Shown here: in pieces, positions 52,931 to 63,994 of the stretch
Numbering within the stretch: position 1 is the first letter of the stretch
Layout of the letters: each line of letters begins with the position of its first letter
Assembly: GCA_032128415.1 (NCBI GenBank)
Contig: JAQBGW010000134.1
Coordinates: 4,667-68,666 of the forward strand
Source of the DNA: Betaproteobacteria bacterium
GTDB taxonomy: Bacteria; Pseudomonadota; Gammaproteobacteria; Burkholderiales; SG8-41
Direction of reading: 5' to 3'
Length of the DNA stretch: 64,000 bases
Position numbers and translations under genes: made by a program
The notes under the pieces: model-generated
The model's database searches: none
Seen by the model: the letters and a program-made list of their open reading frames with translations, nothing else
What the model was told of the DNA's origin: nothing

Positions 52931-54304
52931 TCAGCTGCCGATCAGGCGATTGATATCGTTATACAAAGCGCAAGCCATCAGCAAAAACAGTGCGGTCAAA
53001 CCAATTTTCTGTCCAACTTCCATGACCCGCTCGGATACCGGTTTTCCGGTCAAAATTTCCACCGAATAATACATCAAGTGTCCACCATCCAATAATGGAA
53101 CCGGTAACAAATTCAGCACGCCCAGACTGATGCTGATCAACGCGAGAAACAACAGGTACGATATCCATCCGTTTTGCGCCGACTGCCCGGCATAATCGGC
53201 AATGGTGATGGGGCCGCTCAGATTACGCAGGGAAATATCCCCTGTGACCATTTTCCCCAGCATGCGCAAACTGAATATCGCCGTTTCCCAGGTTTTGGCA
53301 ACAGCTTTTGCCACGCTTTCCAGCGGCCCGTAATTGACCACGACCAGCATGCGCTTCATGGCTTCCGGATCGAGGAACGGCGCAGCTCCGATACGACCGA
53401 TTTCAGATCCGCCATCGGCAACCGCGTCAGGCGTCACTTGCAATGCCGGTATGTCTACACCACCCCGTCGCACTTTAATTTGTAAATTCTGACGTGGTGC
53501 AGCACGAATTTTCGTGACTAACGCCTCCCAAGTCTCGATACGAGCGTCGTTGACGGTCAGCACCAGATCGCCCGTGCGCAATCCGTCTCGCGTAGCAGCG
53601 CCGCTTGCCCCCAGTTGCCCAATCACCGGCGGCAACTGCAGACGCACGCGCGTCAGCCCCAGCGTAGCCAGCACATCGCCTTCCAGATTGCGCGAATCAA
53701 ATCCGTCAAATCGCAGCTCCCTGCGCACCGCTACTCCACTTTCAGTCTTGGTCTCCAGAATGACCGGTGCGCCCTCGACGGCACGTTGCAGCACAATCCA
53801 GCGAAAATCCTGCCAGGCACGCACCGCAGCACCATCCACGGCGGTCACCGTATCGCCAGCCATTACCCCTGCTCGCGCCGCAGCGCTGCCTGCCGGTGGT
53901 TCTGCCAGTACCGGAATCAGTCCTGGCACACCATGCACAAACAGCACCCAGTACAACACTATCGCACCAATAAAATTGGCCACTGGCCCGGCCAGCACGA
54001 TTGCAAATCGTTGCCACACCGATTTGCGATTGAACGCACGATGCAGTTCATGCGGCGCCACGTCGCCTTCGCGTTCATCCAGCATTTTCACGTAGCCGCC
54101 CAGCGGCACAGCCGCAATCACCCATTCCGTGTGATCGGCTCCCAGCGTCTTCGACCAGAGCGGTCTGCCGAGCCCTACTGAAAATCTCAACACCTTGACG
54201 CCACAGCGTCGCGCCACCCAGTAGTGACCGTATTCATGAACGATAATCAGGACACTGAGCGCCACAATAAACGCCGCGATAGTCAGTAACATGCTCATAG
54301 CCAA
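52931..54304 (-). CDS. rseP: RIP zinc metalloprotease RseP
   Basis: The HEYGHYWVAR (HExxH) motif, PDZ domains and NLLPVPLLDGGH. Confidence 0.9.
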   Translation of the reverse strand: MAMSMLLTIAAFIVALSVLIIVHEYGHYWVARRCGVKVLRFSVGLGRPLWSKTLGADHTEWVIAAVPLGGYVKMLDEREGDVAPHELHRAFNRKSVWQRFAIVLAGPVANFIGAIVLYWVLFVHGVPGLIPVLAEPPAGSAAARAGVMAGDTVTAVDGAAVRAWQDFRWIVLQRAVEGAPVILETKTESGVAVRRELRFDGFDSRNLEGDVLATLGLTRVRLQLPPVIGQLGASGAATRDGLRTGDLVLTVNDARIETWEALVTKIRAAPRQNLQIKVRRGGVDIPALQVTPDAVADGGSEIGRIGAAPFLDPEAMKRMLVVVNYGPLESVAKAVAKTWETAIFSLRMLGKMVTGDISLRNLSGPITIADYAGQSAQNGWISYLLFLALISISLGVLNLLPVPLLDGGHLMYYSVEILTGKPVSERVMEVGQKIGLTALFLLMACALYNDINRLIGS

Positions 54305-55510
54305 TCAGCTCCTGCTTGCCATACGCTGCCGCCCACCGCGCCCGCAAATTGCCAATGCGTTAACGCGCGCCAGCGCATCCACCATCTGCACATCATCAAT
54401 CGACGCTATCGGTCGCGCAGCCGTGCTCCCGACTACGCCCTCAATCACCTCTGGTATATCGGTAAAACCGATCCGACGATCCAGAAATTCTGCTACTGCC
54501 ACTTCGTTGGCTGCATTCAATGCAATCACGGCAGCACCCCCTGCTCGCAACGCCTCGTAGGCAAGACGCAGGCAGGGAAAGCGCACGGGATCAGGCGCTT
54601 CGAAGTGCAGACTGCCGACGCGCGCAAGATCAAGAAAATTCACACCTGAGGGTATGCGATCCGGATACCCCAGCGCGTGCGCAATGGGAGTACGCATGTC
54701 AGGATTGCCCAACTGCGCGATCACCGAACCGTCACAATATTCAACCAGCGAATGCACCACGCTTTCAGGATGCACAACCACTTCGATAATCGAGGGATCA
54801 GCCGCAAACAGCCAGTGCGCCTCAATCACCTCCAGCCCCTTGTTCATCATGGTCGCGGAATCCACTGAAATCTTCCGTCCCATATCCCAGTTGGGATGAG
54901 CGACGGCTTCCTCCGGCGTCACCCGCGCCAGCCGTTCCGGCGTAGCGGTGCGAAACGGCCCGCCGGATGCAGTCAACAGGATGCGACGCACGCCGCAACG
55001 CTCAAGTGTTGCACCGCCACGATGCGGCGGCAGCGCCTGGAACACCGCATTGTGCTCGCTGTCGATCGGCAGGAGTTCCGCGCCGTTATCACGCACTGCG
55101 GCCATGAACAGATTGCCGGCAGTCACCAGAGACTCCTTGTTGGCAAGCAGTATCCGCTTGCCGGCACGTGCTGCGGCAAGCGTTGGCCGCAACCCGGCGA
55201 TGCCGACAATGGCAGCAACTACCGTGTTTACTTCGGGCAGGGCAGCAGCATGTTCCAATGCTGCAGGGCCGCTCATGACCTCGGTCGCGACACCTGCCAC
55301 TTGCAGGCGTTTGCGCAATTGCTCAGCAGCAGCCGAGTCGAGCATCACTGCCAGGATCGGCTGGAAACGACGACACTGCTCGAACAGCACATCCACTTGC
55401 GAGCGCGCCGCGAGCGCCACAATCGAGAAACGATCTGGATTGCGCGCAACTACATCCAGCGTACTCGCGCCTATGCTGCCGGTCGATCCGAGTATGGTCA
55501 GCTTCTGCAT
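54305..55510 (-). CDS. dxr: 1-deoxy-D-xylulose-5-phosphate reductoisomerase
   Basis: [28 protein letters not shown], and NAANEVAV. The ATG at 55510 is the true start. Confidence 0.95.
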   Translation of the reverse strand: MQKLTILGSTGSIGASTLDVVARNPDRFSIVALAARSQVDVLFEQCRRFQPILAVMLDSAAAEQLRKRLQVAGVATEVMSGPAALEHAAALPEVNTVVAAIVGIAGLRPTLAAARAGKRILLANKESLVTAGNLFMAAVRDNGAELLPIDSEHNAVFQALPPHRGGATLERCGVRRILLTASGGPFRTATPERLARVTPEEAVAHPNWDMGRKISVDSATMMNKGLEVIEAHWLFAADPSIIEVVVHPESVVHSLVEYCDGSVIAQLGNPDMRTPIAHALGYPDRIPSGVNFLDLARVGSLHFEAPDPVRFPCLRLAYEALRAGGAAVIALNAANEVAVAEFLDRRIGFTDIPEVIEGVVGSTAARPIASIDDVQMVDALARVNALAICGRGGRQRMASRS

Positions 55511-55511
55511 G

Positions 55512-56333
55512 TTACTGCGCGCCACGCAGGGTCCACGAAACCGCCAGGGCGGCCAGCGGCAATGTCGAAGTGAGCGCATCAATACGATCCAACACGCCGC
55601 CATGCCCCGGCAACAGCTGGCCACTGTCTTTGACGCCGGCCTGGCGCTTGATCCAGGACTCAAAAAGATCGCCGATGATGCTCAACGGCAACAGTATTGC
55701 CACCAGCGCCGCGGCTGCAAAGCTGGTGACGGAAATCATGTCGCGTAATCCGAAATTCCACACCAATCCATAATACACCGCGACTGCAACCACGGCTCCG
55801 GCCACACCCTCCCAGGTCTTGCCGGGACTGATCGACGGCGCGAGCTTGTGGCGGCCCCATGCATGCCCGGCGAAGTAAGCGGCAATATCGGCCACCCAGA
55901 CGATGCCCAGAATGGCAAGCAACAACAAGGGAATCGCCTGCAGACTGACCAGTGCCAGCCAAGTCGGTACCAGCAGGATCCAACCGGTCAGCGCCAACAC
56001 CCACGGATTGCGCACGCGCCAGGGTATTGTTAACCAAAGCGGAACGCACCCGCACCAGAATGCTGCGGAAATTGCGTAGATCACCCATTCCGTTACCGCT
56101 GCTGCGGACCCGTGCTGCGGAATGAACAAAATGCCCAGCGCGCTCAGCACCAAGCCTGTGCAAAAACTTATGTTGCTGGCACGACCAAAACCCGCCAACG
56201 TGCCCCATTCCCAGGCGCCGGCCAGCATCAGGGGCAGCAACGCAAACGCCCAATCGCGCGACGATAAAAAAAACAGCCCGCCGATAAACAATGGGAGCAA
56301 GACCGCTGCAGTAGCAACACGGATCAGGAGCAT
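55512..56333 (-). CDS. cdsA: Phosphatidate cytidylyltransferase
   Basis: A polytopic membrane protein with the C-terminal signature [29 protein letters not shown]. Confidence 0.9.
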   Translation of the reverse strand: MLLIRVATAAVLLPLFIGGLFFLSSRDWAFALLPLMLAGAWEWGTLAGFGRASNISFCTGLVLSALGILFIPQHGSAAAVTEWVIYAISAAFWCGCVPLWLTIPWRVRNPWVLALTGWILLVPTWLALVSLQAIPLLLLAILGIVWVADIAAYFAGHAWGRHKLAPSISPGKTWEGVAGAVVAVAVYYGLVWNFGLRDMISVTSFAAAALVAILLPLSIIGDLFESWIKRQAGVKDSGQLLPGHGGVLDRIDALTSTLPLAALAVSWTLRGAQ

Positions 56334-56356
56334 GAGGATTTTGACCGATGAACCGC

Positions 56357-57130
56357 TCAGGCGCTCGCCACGCGACTACCAGCACCTGCCCCTGCGCTCA
56401 CCTGCTCGCTGGTACGGCCAAAACGGCGCTCGCGTTGCTGATAGGACGCAATGGCCTGATCCAGGGCGTGTGCGTCGAAATCCGGCCACAGCGTATCAGT
56501 GAAATAAAGTTCGGTATAGGCAAGCTGCCATAGCAGAAAATTGCTGATGCGCTGCTCACCGCCAGTGCGTATGAATAAATCCGGTTCCGGCAAGTCGCCC
56601 AGCGCCAGATAGGGCAACAACTGCGACTCGGTCCATGCCGTCTCTGCCGAGACATTGTCAGCACGCATCCGGTTAACGGCCTGCATAATGTCCCAACGCC
56701 CGCCATAATTTGCGGCCACGGTCAGCGTCAATCCGGTATTTCCTGCCGTCAGGTGTTGCGCATCGGCAATCAGATCAATGAGCACACGGTCAAATCGTGA
56801 CAAGTCGCCAACGACCCGGAATCGCACTCCATTCCGATGTAAACGCTCCACTTCCTGCTGCAACGCATTGACGAACAACTGCATCAGCAACGATACCTCT
56901 TCCGCCGGTCGCCGCCAGTTTTCACTGCTAAAAGCAAACAGAGTCAACGCACTGACTCCCCTCTCCGTGCAAGCACGCACCACGTCGCGCACTGCTTCGA
57001 CACCTTTGTGGTGGCCTGCGACTCGCGGCAGAAAACGCTGCTTCGCCCAGCGACCATTGCCATCCATGATGACAGCGATATGCTGCGGAATGCCGCTGAC
57101 TTTGGGAATACCCTGCGTTGAACTGGCCAC
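56357..57130 (-). CDS. uppS: Di-trans,poly-cis-undecaprenyl-diphosphate synthase
   Basis: [24 protein letters not shown] and [15 protein letters not shown]. Confidence 0.95.
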   Translation of the reverse strand: MASSTQGIPKVSGIPQHIAVIMDGNGRWAKQRFLPRVAGHHKGVEAVRDVVRACTERGVSALTLFAFSSENWRRPAEEVSLLMQLFVNALQQEVERLHRNGVRFRVVGDLSRFDRVLIDLIADAQHLTAGNTGLTLTVAANYGGRWDIMQAVNRMRADNVSAETAWTESQLLPYLALGDLPEPDLFIRTGGEQRISNFLLWQLAYTELYFTDTLWPDFDAHALDQAIASYQQRERRFGRTSEQVSAGAGAGSRVASA

Positions 57131-57139
57131 GGCCTGAGA

Positions 57140-57697
57140 TCAGACTGCCATCAACTCGGCTTCTTTGACTTGCAAAGCCTTGTCAATTTCGGCGATTGAG
57201 CGATCCGTCAGCTTCTGCACTTCGTCCTGTGCCCGGCGCTCATCGTCCTCGGCCACCTTCTTCTGTTTCAGCAGATCCTTCAATTGGGTATTGGCATCGC
57301 GCCGCACATTACGGATCGCAACACGCGCATTCTCGCCCTCGTGGCGCACTACTTTGATCAAATCCTTGCGGCGCTCCTCGGTCAAAGCGGGCATTGGCAC
57401 TCGAACGATTTCGCCCTGAGTGGCCGGATTGAGACCGAGATCAGAATCACGGATCGCCTTCTCGATGGCCGATACCAGTTTCTTTTCCCATGGACTGACG
57501 CCAATCGTCCGCCCATCGAGCAAGGTGACATTGGCGACCTGCGGCAACGGCGTCGGCGTGCCGTAGTAATCCACCATGACATGATCCAGCAGGCCCGTGT
57601 GAGCACGCCCGGTGCGTATCTTGCCGAGATCGGCTTTGAGAGCCTCCACGGACTTTTTCATCTTCTGCTCGGTATTGATCTTGATATCAGCAATCAT
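57140..57697 (-). CDS. frr: Ribosome recycling factor
   Basis: 185 aa with [13 protein letters not shown] and LTEERRKDL. Confidence 0.95.
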   Translation of the reverse strand: MIADIKINTEQKMKKSVEALKADLGKIRTGRAHTGLLDHVMVDYYGTPTPLPQVANVTLLDGRTIGVSPWEKKLVSAIEKAIRDSDLGLNPATQGEIVRVPMPALTEERRKDLIKVVRHEGENARVAIRNVRRDANTQLKDLLKQKKVAEDDERRAQDEVQKLTDRSIAEIDKALQVKEAELMAV

Positions 57698-57709
57698 GGT
57701 CGCCTCTGT

Positions 57710-58429
57710 TCAAACATGCACCATAGTACCTTCGTCTTCTCCCATGACCACGCGCTTCAGCGCCTGCGGCTTGAATATGCTGAACACGTTGATCGGCAAT
57801 TTCTGATCGCGGCACATGGTCAGCGCCGTGGCGTCCATCACCTTGAGGTTTTTGACGATGGCCTCATCGAACGTTAATTTCTGATAACGCATTGCGTCGG
57901 GATGCGTCTTCGGATCATCAGTATAGACGCCGTCCACTTTAGTGGCTTTCAGCATCAAATCGACACTCATCTCCGTTCCGCGCAACGCTGCAGCGGTATC
58001 GGTGGTGAAAAACGGATTGCCCGTACCCGCCGCAAAAATGACAACCTTGCCCTCTTCCAGATAGCGCATGGCCTTGCCGCGGATGTATGGCTCCACGACC
58101 TGTTCAATATTCAGCGCCGATTGCACTCGGCTCACCAGGCCCTGCTGACGCATGGCATCCTGCAACGCCAGCGCATTCATCACGGTAGCAAGCATCCCCA
58201 TGTAATCCGCCGTAACACGGTCCATGTGCGCTGCCCCTGGAGCGACGCCACGGAAAATGTTACCGCCGCCGATCACTATCGCCACTTCCACGCCGAGACG
58301 CTGCACTTCGGCCACCTCGGTCACGATGCGCCCGATCACCTCGCGGTTAATGCCATATGCATCGTCGCCCATCAACGCTTCGCCGCTGAGCTTGATCAAT
58401 ATGCGTTTATAGGCGGGGGCTTGAGGCAT
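57710..58429 (-). CDS. pyrH: UMP kinase
   Basis: [13 protein letters not shown] and [16 protein letters not shown]. Confidence 0.95.
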   Translation of the reverse strand: MPQAPAYKRILIKLSGEALMGDDAYGINREVIGRIVTEVAEVQRLGVEVAIVIGGGNIFRGVAPGAAHMDRVTADYMGMLATVMNALALQDAMRQQGLVSRVQSALNIEQVVEPYIRGKAMRYLEEGKVVIFAAGTGNPFFTTDTAAALRGTEMSVDLMLKATKVDGVYTDDPKTHPDAMRYQKLTFDEAIVKNLKVMDATALTMCRDQKLPINVFSIFKPQALKRVVMGEDEGTMVHV

Positions 58430-58459
58430 ATCATGTAACCTATTGATTATATTGTGTTT

Positions 58460-59371
58460 TTATGCGTTCTGGCGGGCCTGCCCCACCTGTGCCATAACTT
58501 CCGCAGCAAAGTCATCTTTCTTTTTCTCGATACCTTCGCCTACCAGATACAACGCAAAGCTGGAGACCTGCGCATTAGCCGATTTCAACAGTTGCCCCAC
58601 AGTCTGCTTGTCGTTTTTGACAAAAGGCTGACCCAGCAACGTCACTTCCTTGAGAAACTTCTGTACCGAACCCTCGACGCGTTTGACCATGATCTCCGGC
58701 GGGATCGACTTGCCGGACTTAGCCGCATCGTCGACCGCCTTCTCAGCCGCAACGCGGCGTTCGGTTGCAATAGCCTCGACAGACACCCCGGAGGCATCGA
58801 GCGCCTTCGGCTTGCTGGCCGCGATATGCATCGCAATGTCTTTGCCCATCGCATCTTCGCCGCCGACCAGATCCACCAGCACACCGATCTTGGCGCCGCC
58901 ATGGATATATGAGGCCAGTCGACCATTGGCTTCCGTGCGCACAAAGCGACGCATGGATACATTCTCACCAATCTTGCCAATCAGCGCCTTGCGCCGTTCT
59001 TCCACTGAACTACCGTCAATCATCAGGCCTGATAATGCATTGACATCGGCAGGCTTGTTCTCGCTTACCAACCTCGCCAACGCCGCAGCAAACCCGAGGA
59101 AATCGTCATTCTTGGCTACAAAGTCGGTCTCGCAATTGACCTCAACCATCGCTCCCAGTTTGCCGTCGCCTGAAATATGCACGGCCACGACGCCCTCAGC
59201 CGCGACACGCGAGGCAGCTTTGCTCGCCTTGTTGCCCAGCCTGACCCGCAGAATTTCCTCGGCCTTCTCCACATTGCCGCCGGCTTCGGTCAACGCTTTC
59301 TTGCATTCCATCATCGGAGCATCGGTTTTTTCCCGCAGTTCCCGCACCATGCCCGCTGTTATCTCTGCCAT
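58460..59371 (-). CDS. tsf: Elongation factor Ts
   Basis: [24 protein letters not shown] (UBA-like N-terminus). 303 aa. Confidence 0.95.
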   Translation of the reverse strand: MAEITAGMVRELREKTDAPMMECKKALTEAGGNVEKAEEILRVRLGNKASKAASRVAAEGVVAVHISGDGKLGAMVEVNCETDFVAKNDDFLGFAAALARLVSENKPADVNALSGLMIDGSSVEERRKALIGKIGENVSMRRFVRTEANGRLASYIHGGAKIGVLVDLVGGEDAMGKDIAMHIAASKPKALDASGVSVEAIATERRVAAEKAVDDAAKSGKSIPPEIMVKRVEGSVQKFLKEVTLLGQPFVKNDKQTVGQLLKSANAQVSSFALYLVGEGIEKKKDDFAAEVMAQVGQARQNA

Positions 59372-59397
59372 TGCTGCCTGTCCTCTTACGCCAATTT

Positions 59398-59422
59398 AAA
59401 AAAAAGGGGCTGCGCGCCCCTT
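59398..59422 (-). terminator. Intrinsic terminator/attenuator hairpin between rpsB and tsf
   Basis: The minus-strand RNA reads AAGGGGC-GCGCA-GCCCCUU followed by UUUUUU. The hairpin is about 20 nt downstream of the rpsB stop and 26 nt upstream of the tsf ATG. Confidence 0.55.
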
Positions 59423-59442
59423 GAACGTTTGTTTACGCCGAA

Positions 59443-60195
59443 TCAGGCGCTTACTGATTCGCCGTCTTCGACTTCGACAAACTCGTCGGAGCCGCCGCTG
59501 ACAATCTCCTTGATGCTGGTGTTGCGTCCTTCCAGCACTGCATCGGCCATGCCGCGTGCGTAGAGCTTGATCGCTCGGCTGGAGTCGTCATTTCCGGGAA
59601 TCACGTAATCCACGCCATCAGGCGAATGGTTGGTATCGACAATGCCGATAACCGGAATGCCGAGCTTCTTCGCCTCAGTAATCGCACCTTTCTGGTAACC
59701 GACGTCGATCACGAACAACGCATCCGGCAGTCCGTTCATATCCTTGATGCCGCCCAGGCTGCGTTCGAGTTTGGTAATTTCACGTTCATACTGCAGCGCC
59801 TCTTTCTTTGACAGCTTCTCGAAAGAACCATCTTCGCGCATCAACAGCATGTCTTTCAGACGTTGGATCGACAGCTTGACCGTTTTGTAATTGGTCAGCA
59901 TGCCGCCCAGCCAGCGGTAATCCACGTAGGGCGATGCGCAGCGCAGCGCTTCTTCGCGCACGATTTCACGCGCCTGGCGCTTGGTGCCGACAAACAGCAC
60001 ACTGCCCTTGTTGGAGGTGAGTTGACGCACGAACTTCAGTGCATCGTGGTACAGGGTCATCGTTTTCTCGAGATTGACGATGTGAATCTTGTTGCGATGA
60101 CCGAAAATGTACGGGGCCATTTTCGGATTCCAGTATCGCGTCTGGTGGCCGAAATGAACGCCGGCTTCCAGCATTTCGCGCATGGTGACTGACAT
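59443..60195 (-). CDS. rpsB: 30S ribosomal protein S2
   Basis: [22 protein letters not shown]. Confidence 0.95.
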   Translation of the reverse strand: MSVTMREMLEAGVHFGHQTRYWNPKMAPYIFGHRNKIHIVNLEKTMTLYHDALKFVRQLTSNKGSVLFVGTKRQAREIVREEALRCASPYVDYRWLGGMLTNYKTVKLSIQRLKDMLLMREDGSFEKLSKKEALQYEREITKLERSLGGIKDMNGLPDALFVIDVGYQKGAITEAKKLGIPVIGIVDTNHSPDGVDYVIPGNDDSSRAIKLYARGMADAVLEGRNTSIKEIVSGGSDEFVEVEDGESVSA

Positions 60196-60285
60196 GATCT
60201 AAATCTCCTGTTAGGGTTAATCCGCCACCTGCCCGTGACGACCCGGAATTCCGGGCACCCTTAACGTCGGCAGGTGTGTGAAATA
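60196..60285 (-). promoter_or_regulatory. Structured rpsB 5' leader (S2 autoregulatory-type pseudoknot candidate)
   Basis: There are three pairings on the minus strand. An 8-bp helix joins CACCUGCC (60226-60233) and GGCAGGUG (60269-60276). It encloses the hairpin CCCGGAAUUCCGGG (60242-60255). The long-range pairing GUUA(A)GGGU / ACCCUAAC abuts the AGGAG Shine-Dalgarno. Confidence 0.45.
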
Positions 60286-60506
60286 CTCGAGAGCCAACCA
60301 AGGCGAAAATTTGCCGTGGCAAACGAAACACAATCGAGCTAACTTATTATTTTAGCACGTAAAGCGACCCCTTCCAAGGCATCCACACCCCTCCGCCCCT
60401 CCCGCCGCCGCCCCCTTCAAGGGTGCTCATGTGCTCCGCTTCAAGTACCTCCTTGTTGAGGCCCGCCCCCTTCCAGGGAAACCGGAATTTTCGAGCTGTA
60501 CCAACC

Positions 60507-60515
60507 TGTTAGAAT
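60507..60515 (+). promoter_or_regulatory. Extended -10 promoter candidate for map
   Basis: TGTTAGAAT (TGn plus TAGAAT) lies about 65 nt upstream of the map ATG. No good -35 is present. Confidence 0.25.
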
Positions 60516-60578
60516 CGCCAACCACGGAACAACCCCGAAGCCGCGCAGCCTTGGATAGCGCGCACTGAAAGCGCTGTC

Positions 60579-61376
60579 ATGGCCGTACAACCGAAGACCC
60601 CAGACGAAATCGAGCAAATGCGGATCGCCGGTCGCCTCGCCGCCGAGGTTCTCGACTTTATCAGCCCGCAAATCCGTGCCGGCATGTCCACCGGTGAAAT
60701 CGACCGCCTGTGCCATGACTATATGGTCAACCACCAAGGAACGGTGCCAGCGCCTCTCAATTACACCCCGCCGGGCTATACCCCTTACCCTAAATCCATT
60801 TGCACATCGGTAAATCACGTAGTCTGCCACGGCGTGCCCGGCGAGAAAAAACTCAAGAACGGAGACACCGTCAACGTCGATGTCACCGTGATCTACAACG
60901 GTTTTCACGGCGATACCAGTCGCATGTTTTGTGTTGGGCAACCGTCAATACAGGCGCGCCGGTTGGTGAACATCACTTATGAATGCATGTGGCGCGGCAT
61001 CCGTGCCGTCAAGGCCGGCAACACCCTCGGTGATATTGGCCATGCCATCCAGACCCATGCCGAGAAGAACGGTTTCAGCGTGGTTCGCGAGTTTTGCGGT
61101 CACGGCATCGGCCGCAAGTTCCACGAAGAACCGCAAATCCTGCATTACGGACGGCCCGGCATGGGCATGCGCCTCGAAGCCGGAATGATTTTTACTGTGG
61201 AGCCCATGATCAATGCCGGTAAAGCCGATATCCGACAACTTGCGGACGGCTGGACCATCGTAACCAAAGACCACAGCCTGTCGGCACAATGGGAACATAC
61301 CTTGTTGGTGACTGAAGTCGGTTACGAAGTGCTGACGGTATCAGCCGGCACACCGGCAGCGGCAGAAGTCAACTGA
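60579..61376 (+). CDS. map: Type I methionine aminopeptidase
   Basis: CHGVPG, VDVTVIYNGFHGDTS, GHGIG and FTVEPM, the metal-ligand contexts. Confidence 0.95.
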   Translation: MAVQPKTPDEIEQMRIAGRLAAEVLDFISPQIRAGMSTGEIDRLCHDYMVNHQGTVPAPLNYTPPGYTPYPKSICTSVNHVVCHGVPGEKKLKNGDTVNVDVTVIYNGFHGDTSRMFCVGQPSIQARRLVNITYECMWRGIRAVKAGNTLGDIGHAIQTHAEKNGFSVVREFCGHGIGRKFHEEPQILHYGRPGMGMRLEAGMIFTVEPMINAGKADIRQLADGWTIVTKDHSLSAQWEHTLLVTEVGYEVLTVSAGTPAAAEVN

Positions 61377-61396
61377 CACTTGTTCGCCGCTGACCT

Positions 61397-63994
61397 ATGA
61401 GCAGCGCATCAGCTCCGGGCACCGTCAAATTGCGGCAAGGACTTTCTGCGCCGAAAACGCAGCGCGCCATACTCGCTGGTGAGCGCGCCGCACTACAACA
61501 AAAATTCGAAAATGGACAGCTCGGGCACGAAATCCTGCAGCAACTTGCGCGACTGACTGATAGTCATCTGCGGATATCGTGGAAAAACTGCGCGATACCG
61601 GCAGACATTGCACTGGTCGCGGTCGGTGGCTACGGACGCGGTCAATTGTTTCCACATTCCGATGTCGATATCCTGATCCTGTTACCGCAAACGCCGGATG
61701 CCGCGCTGCGCGAAAAACTGGAAGCACTGGTCAGCACCTTCTGGGACATCGGACTCGAAGCAGGTCACAGCGTGCGTACGATCGACGAGTGTTTTGAGGT
61801 GGCTGCCGGGGACATCACAATACAAACCAGTCTGCTGGAGTCGCGACTGGTCACTGGCAACCGCGAGCTTCACCGCCGATTCACGCGCAAACTACAGCAT
61901 TTCATCGACCCCGGTGCCTTCCTGCGTGCCAAGCGCATTGAACAGCAGGAGCGCCATTCGCGGCACGCAGTAACCAATCTTGAACCTAATCTCAAGGAAA
62001 GCCCCGGCGGCCTGCGTGATCTGAATACCATCCTGTGGATATCCAAGGCCGCTCGACTCGGCCGGACCTGGCTGGAACTGGCGCGACGCGGCTTCATTAC
62101 ACAGGACGAGGCGACTGCCATTGGCCGCCATGAGCGCGTTCTCGAATTATTGCGAATCCGGCTGCATTTTCTCGCGACACGCCGCGAAGACCGGCTGCTG
62201 TTTGATCACCAGACAGCATTGGCCAAACAGCTCGGATTTGCTGATCGCGCCAGCAAACGGGCCAGCGAGCGCCTGATGCAACGTTACTATCAGACTGCAA
62301 AAGCAGTATCGCAACTGAACACAATCCTGCTGCAGAATCTCGCGCTACGCATTGCGCCGCCTCCGGGCAATCACATTGTGACCCCCCTGAACAAACGCTT
62401 TGTGATCCGTGGCGAATTGCTGTCGGCGCCGGATCAAAAAATATTCGGGCGTGATCCATGCACAATCCTCGAAGCGTTTGCGCTGCTGCAAAAACATCAT
62501 GAAATCAAAGGCATCGGTGCTGAGACGCTCCGAGCGCTGTGGCGCGCGCGCCGGCGCATCAATCCCACTGCACGTCGCGACCCGCGCATGCGAGCACTGT
62601 TCATGAACATACTGCGCAGCCCGACACGCGTGATCCACGAACTGCAGCGCATGCACCGCTATGACATTCTGGGCCGTTACATCCCTGCATTCGGACGTAT
62701 CGTCGGCCAGATGCAGCACGATCTCTATCACGTTTACACCGTAGATGAGCACATACTCAAAGTGGTGCGCAACGTGCGCCGCTTTGCTGTGCCGGAACTG
62801 GCCCATGAATTCCCGCTCTGCAGTCGCCTGATGAGCGAGTTCGAGAAACCAGAATTACTCTACCTGGCCGGCCTGTTCCACGACATCGCCAAAGGGCGAG
62901 GCGGCGATCACTCTGATCTCGGCAAAGTCGATGCCCACCGCTTTTGCAAAGCACACGGACTGGAGCCGGCCGATTGTGATCTGGTGGCCTGGCTGGTAGA
63001 ACAACATCTGGTCATGTCGGCAACTGCGCAAAAGCAGGATCTGAGCGACCCGGATGTCATCAGCGCCTTTGCGCAGCGCGTCGGCGACAAACGCCGCCTT
63101 GCCGCGCTTTATCTGCTGACCGTAGCGGACATCCGCGGCACCAGCCCCAAAGTGTGGAACGCGTGGAAAGCCAAGCTGCTGGAAGATCTATTCCACACCA
63201 CCCAGCGCCTGCTCGCCGGCGAGCACGCCGGGCCGCTGGACAATCAACTTGCGCGGCAGGAAGACGCCATGGCCCGCCTGCGTCTATACGCGATACCTGA
63301 AACCGATTACCAGGAATTCTGGCGCCAACTCGACACCGCGTATTTTCTGCGGCATGAGGCGCAGGAAATCGCGTGGCACACCCGGCAACTCTGCCGCCAC
63401 GTCAACTCGCCCGCGCCTGTCGTCAGGGCGCGACTGTCACCTATAGGAGAAGGCCTGCAGGTCGTGGTCTATGTTGTCGACCAGAAGGAGCTGTTTTCCC
63501 GCATCTGCGGTTTCTTCGAGGGGATCAGCTTCAACATCTACGGAGCCAAAATCCACACCACGAAGCACGGCTATGCCCTGGACACATTCCACATCCAGGA
63601 TGCATCGAACCGACAACCGGGATACCGCGACCTGATCAGTTACATCGAGCATGAACTAACCGGGCTCCTGACAAACAAGGCGCCGCTGCCGCCGCTGACC
63701 AAACCGCGTCTGAGCCGCCAGTTGCGGCATTTCCCGATCACGCCCGAAGTCAATATCCAGACTGACGAGCGTGGCACCTATCGCATGCTGTCTATCGTCG
63801 CCGGTGACCGACCGGGACTGCTGTCACGCATATCCCGTACGCTGACTGCGTTCGATATCAACCTGCACGCCGCCAAAATCAATACTCTGGGGTCTCGCGC
63901 CGAAGATACGTTTGTCATCAGTGGCAGCGCGCTCAACAATCCGAAGAGCGCTGTGAAATTCGAAGGCGAACTGCTCGACAAGTTACGCGTCTGA
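61397..63994 (+). CDS. glnD: [Protein-PII] uridylyltransferase/uridylyl-removing enzyme
   Basis: NTase motif VAVGGYGRGQLFPHSDVDILIL, an HD domain (LFHDIAKGRGGDH) and two C-terminal ACT domains. Confidence 0.95.
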   Translation: MSSASAPGTVKLRQGLSAPKTQRAILAGERAALQQKFENGQLGHEILQQLARLTDSHLRISWKNCAIPADIALVAVGGYGRGQLFPHSDVDILILLPQTPDAALREKLEALVSTFWDIGLEAGHSVRTIDECFEVAAGDITIQTSLLESRLVTGNRELHRRFTRKLQHFIDPGAFLRAKRIEQQERHSRHAVTNLEPNLKESPGGLRDLNTILWISKAARLGRTWLELARRGFITQDEATAIGRHERVLELLRIRLHFLATRREDRLLFDHQTALAKQLGFADRASKRASERLMQRYYQTAKAVSQLNTILLQNLALRIAPPPGNHIVTPLNKRFVIRGELLSAPDQKIFGRDPCTILEAFALLQKHHEIKGIGAETLRALWRARRRINPTARRDPRMRALFMNILRSPTRVIHELQRMHRYDILGRYIPAFGRIVGQMQHDLYHVYTVDEHILKVVRNVRRFAVPELAHEFPLCSRLMSEFEKPELLYLAGLFHDIAKGRGGDHSDLGKVDAHRFCKAHGLEPADCDLVAWLVEQHLVMSATAQKQDLSDPDVISAFAQRVGDKRRLAALYLLTVADIRGTSPKVWNAWKAKLLEDLFHTTQRLLAGEHAGPLDNQLARQEDAMARLRLYAIPETDYQEFWRQLDTAYFLRHEAQEIAWHTRQLCRHVNSPAPVVRARLSPIGEGLQVVVYVVDQKELFSRICGFFEGISFNIYGAKIHTTKHGYALDTFHIQDASNRQPGYRDLISYIEHELTGLLTNKAPLPPLTKPRLSRQLRHFPITPEVNIQTDERGTYRMLSIVAGDRPGLLSRISRTLTAFDINLHAAKINTLGSRAEDTFVISGSALNNPKSAVKFEGELLDKLRV

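Noticed and set aside
60441-60941. 166-aa minus-strand ORF spanning the rpsB/map spacer and the 5' part of map
   Set aside because: It is antisense to the well-supported map gene, has no recognisable motifs, and begins inside map.
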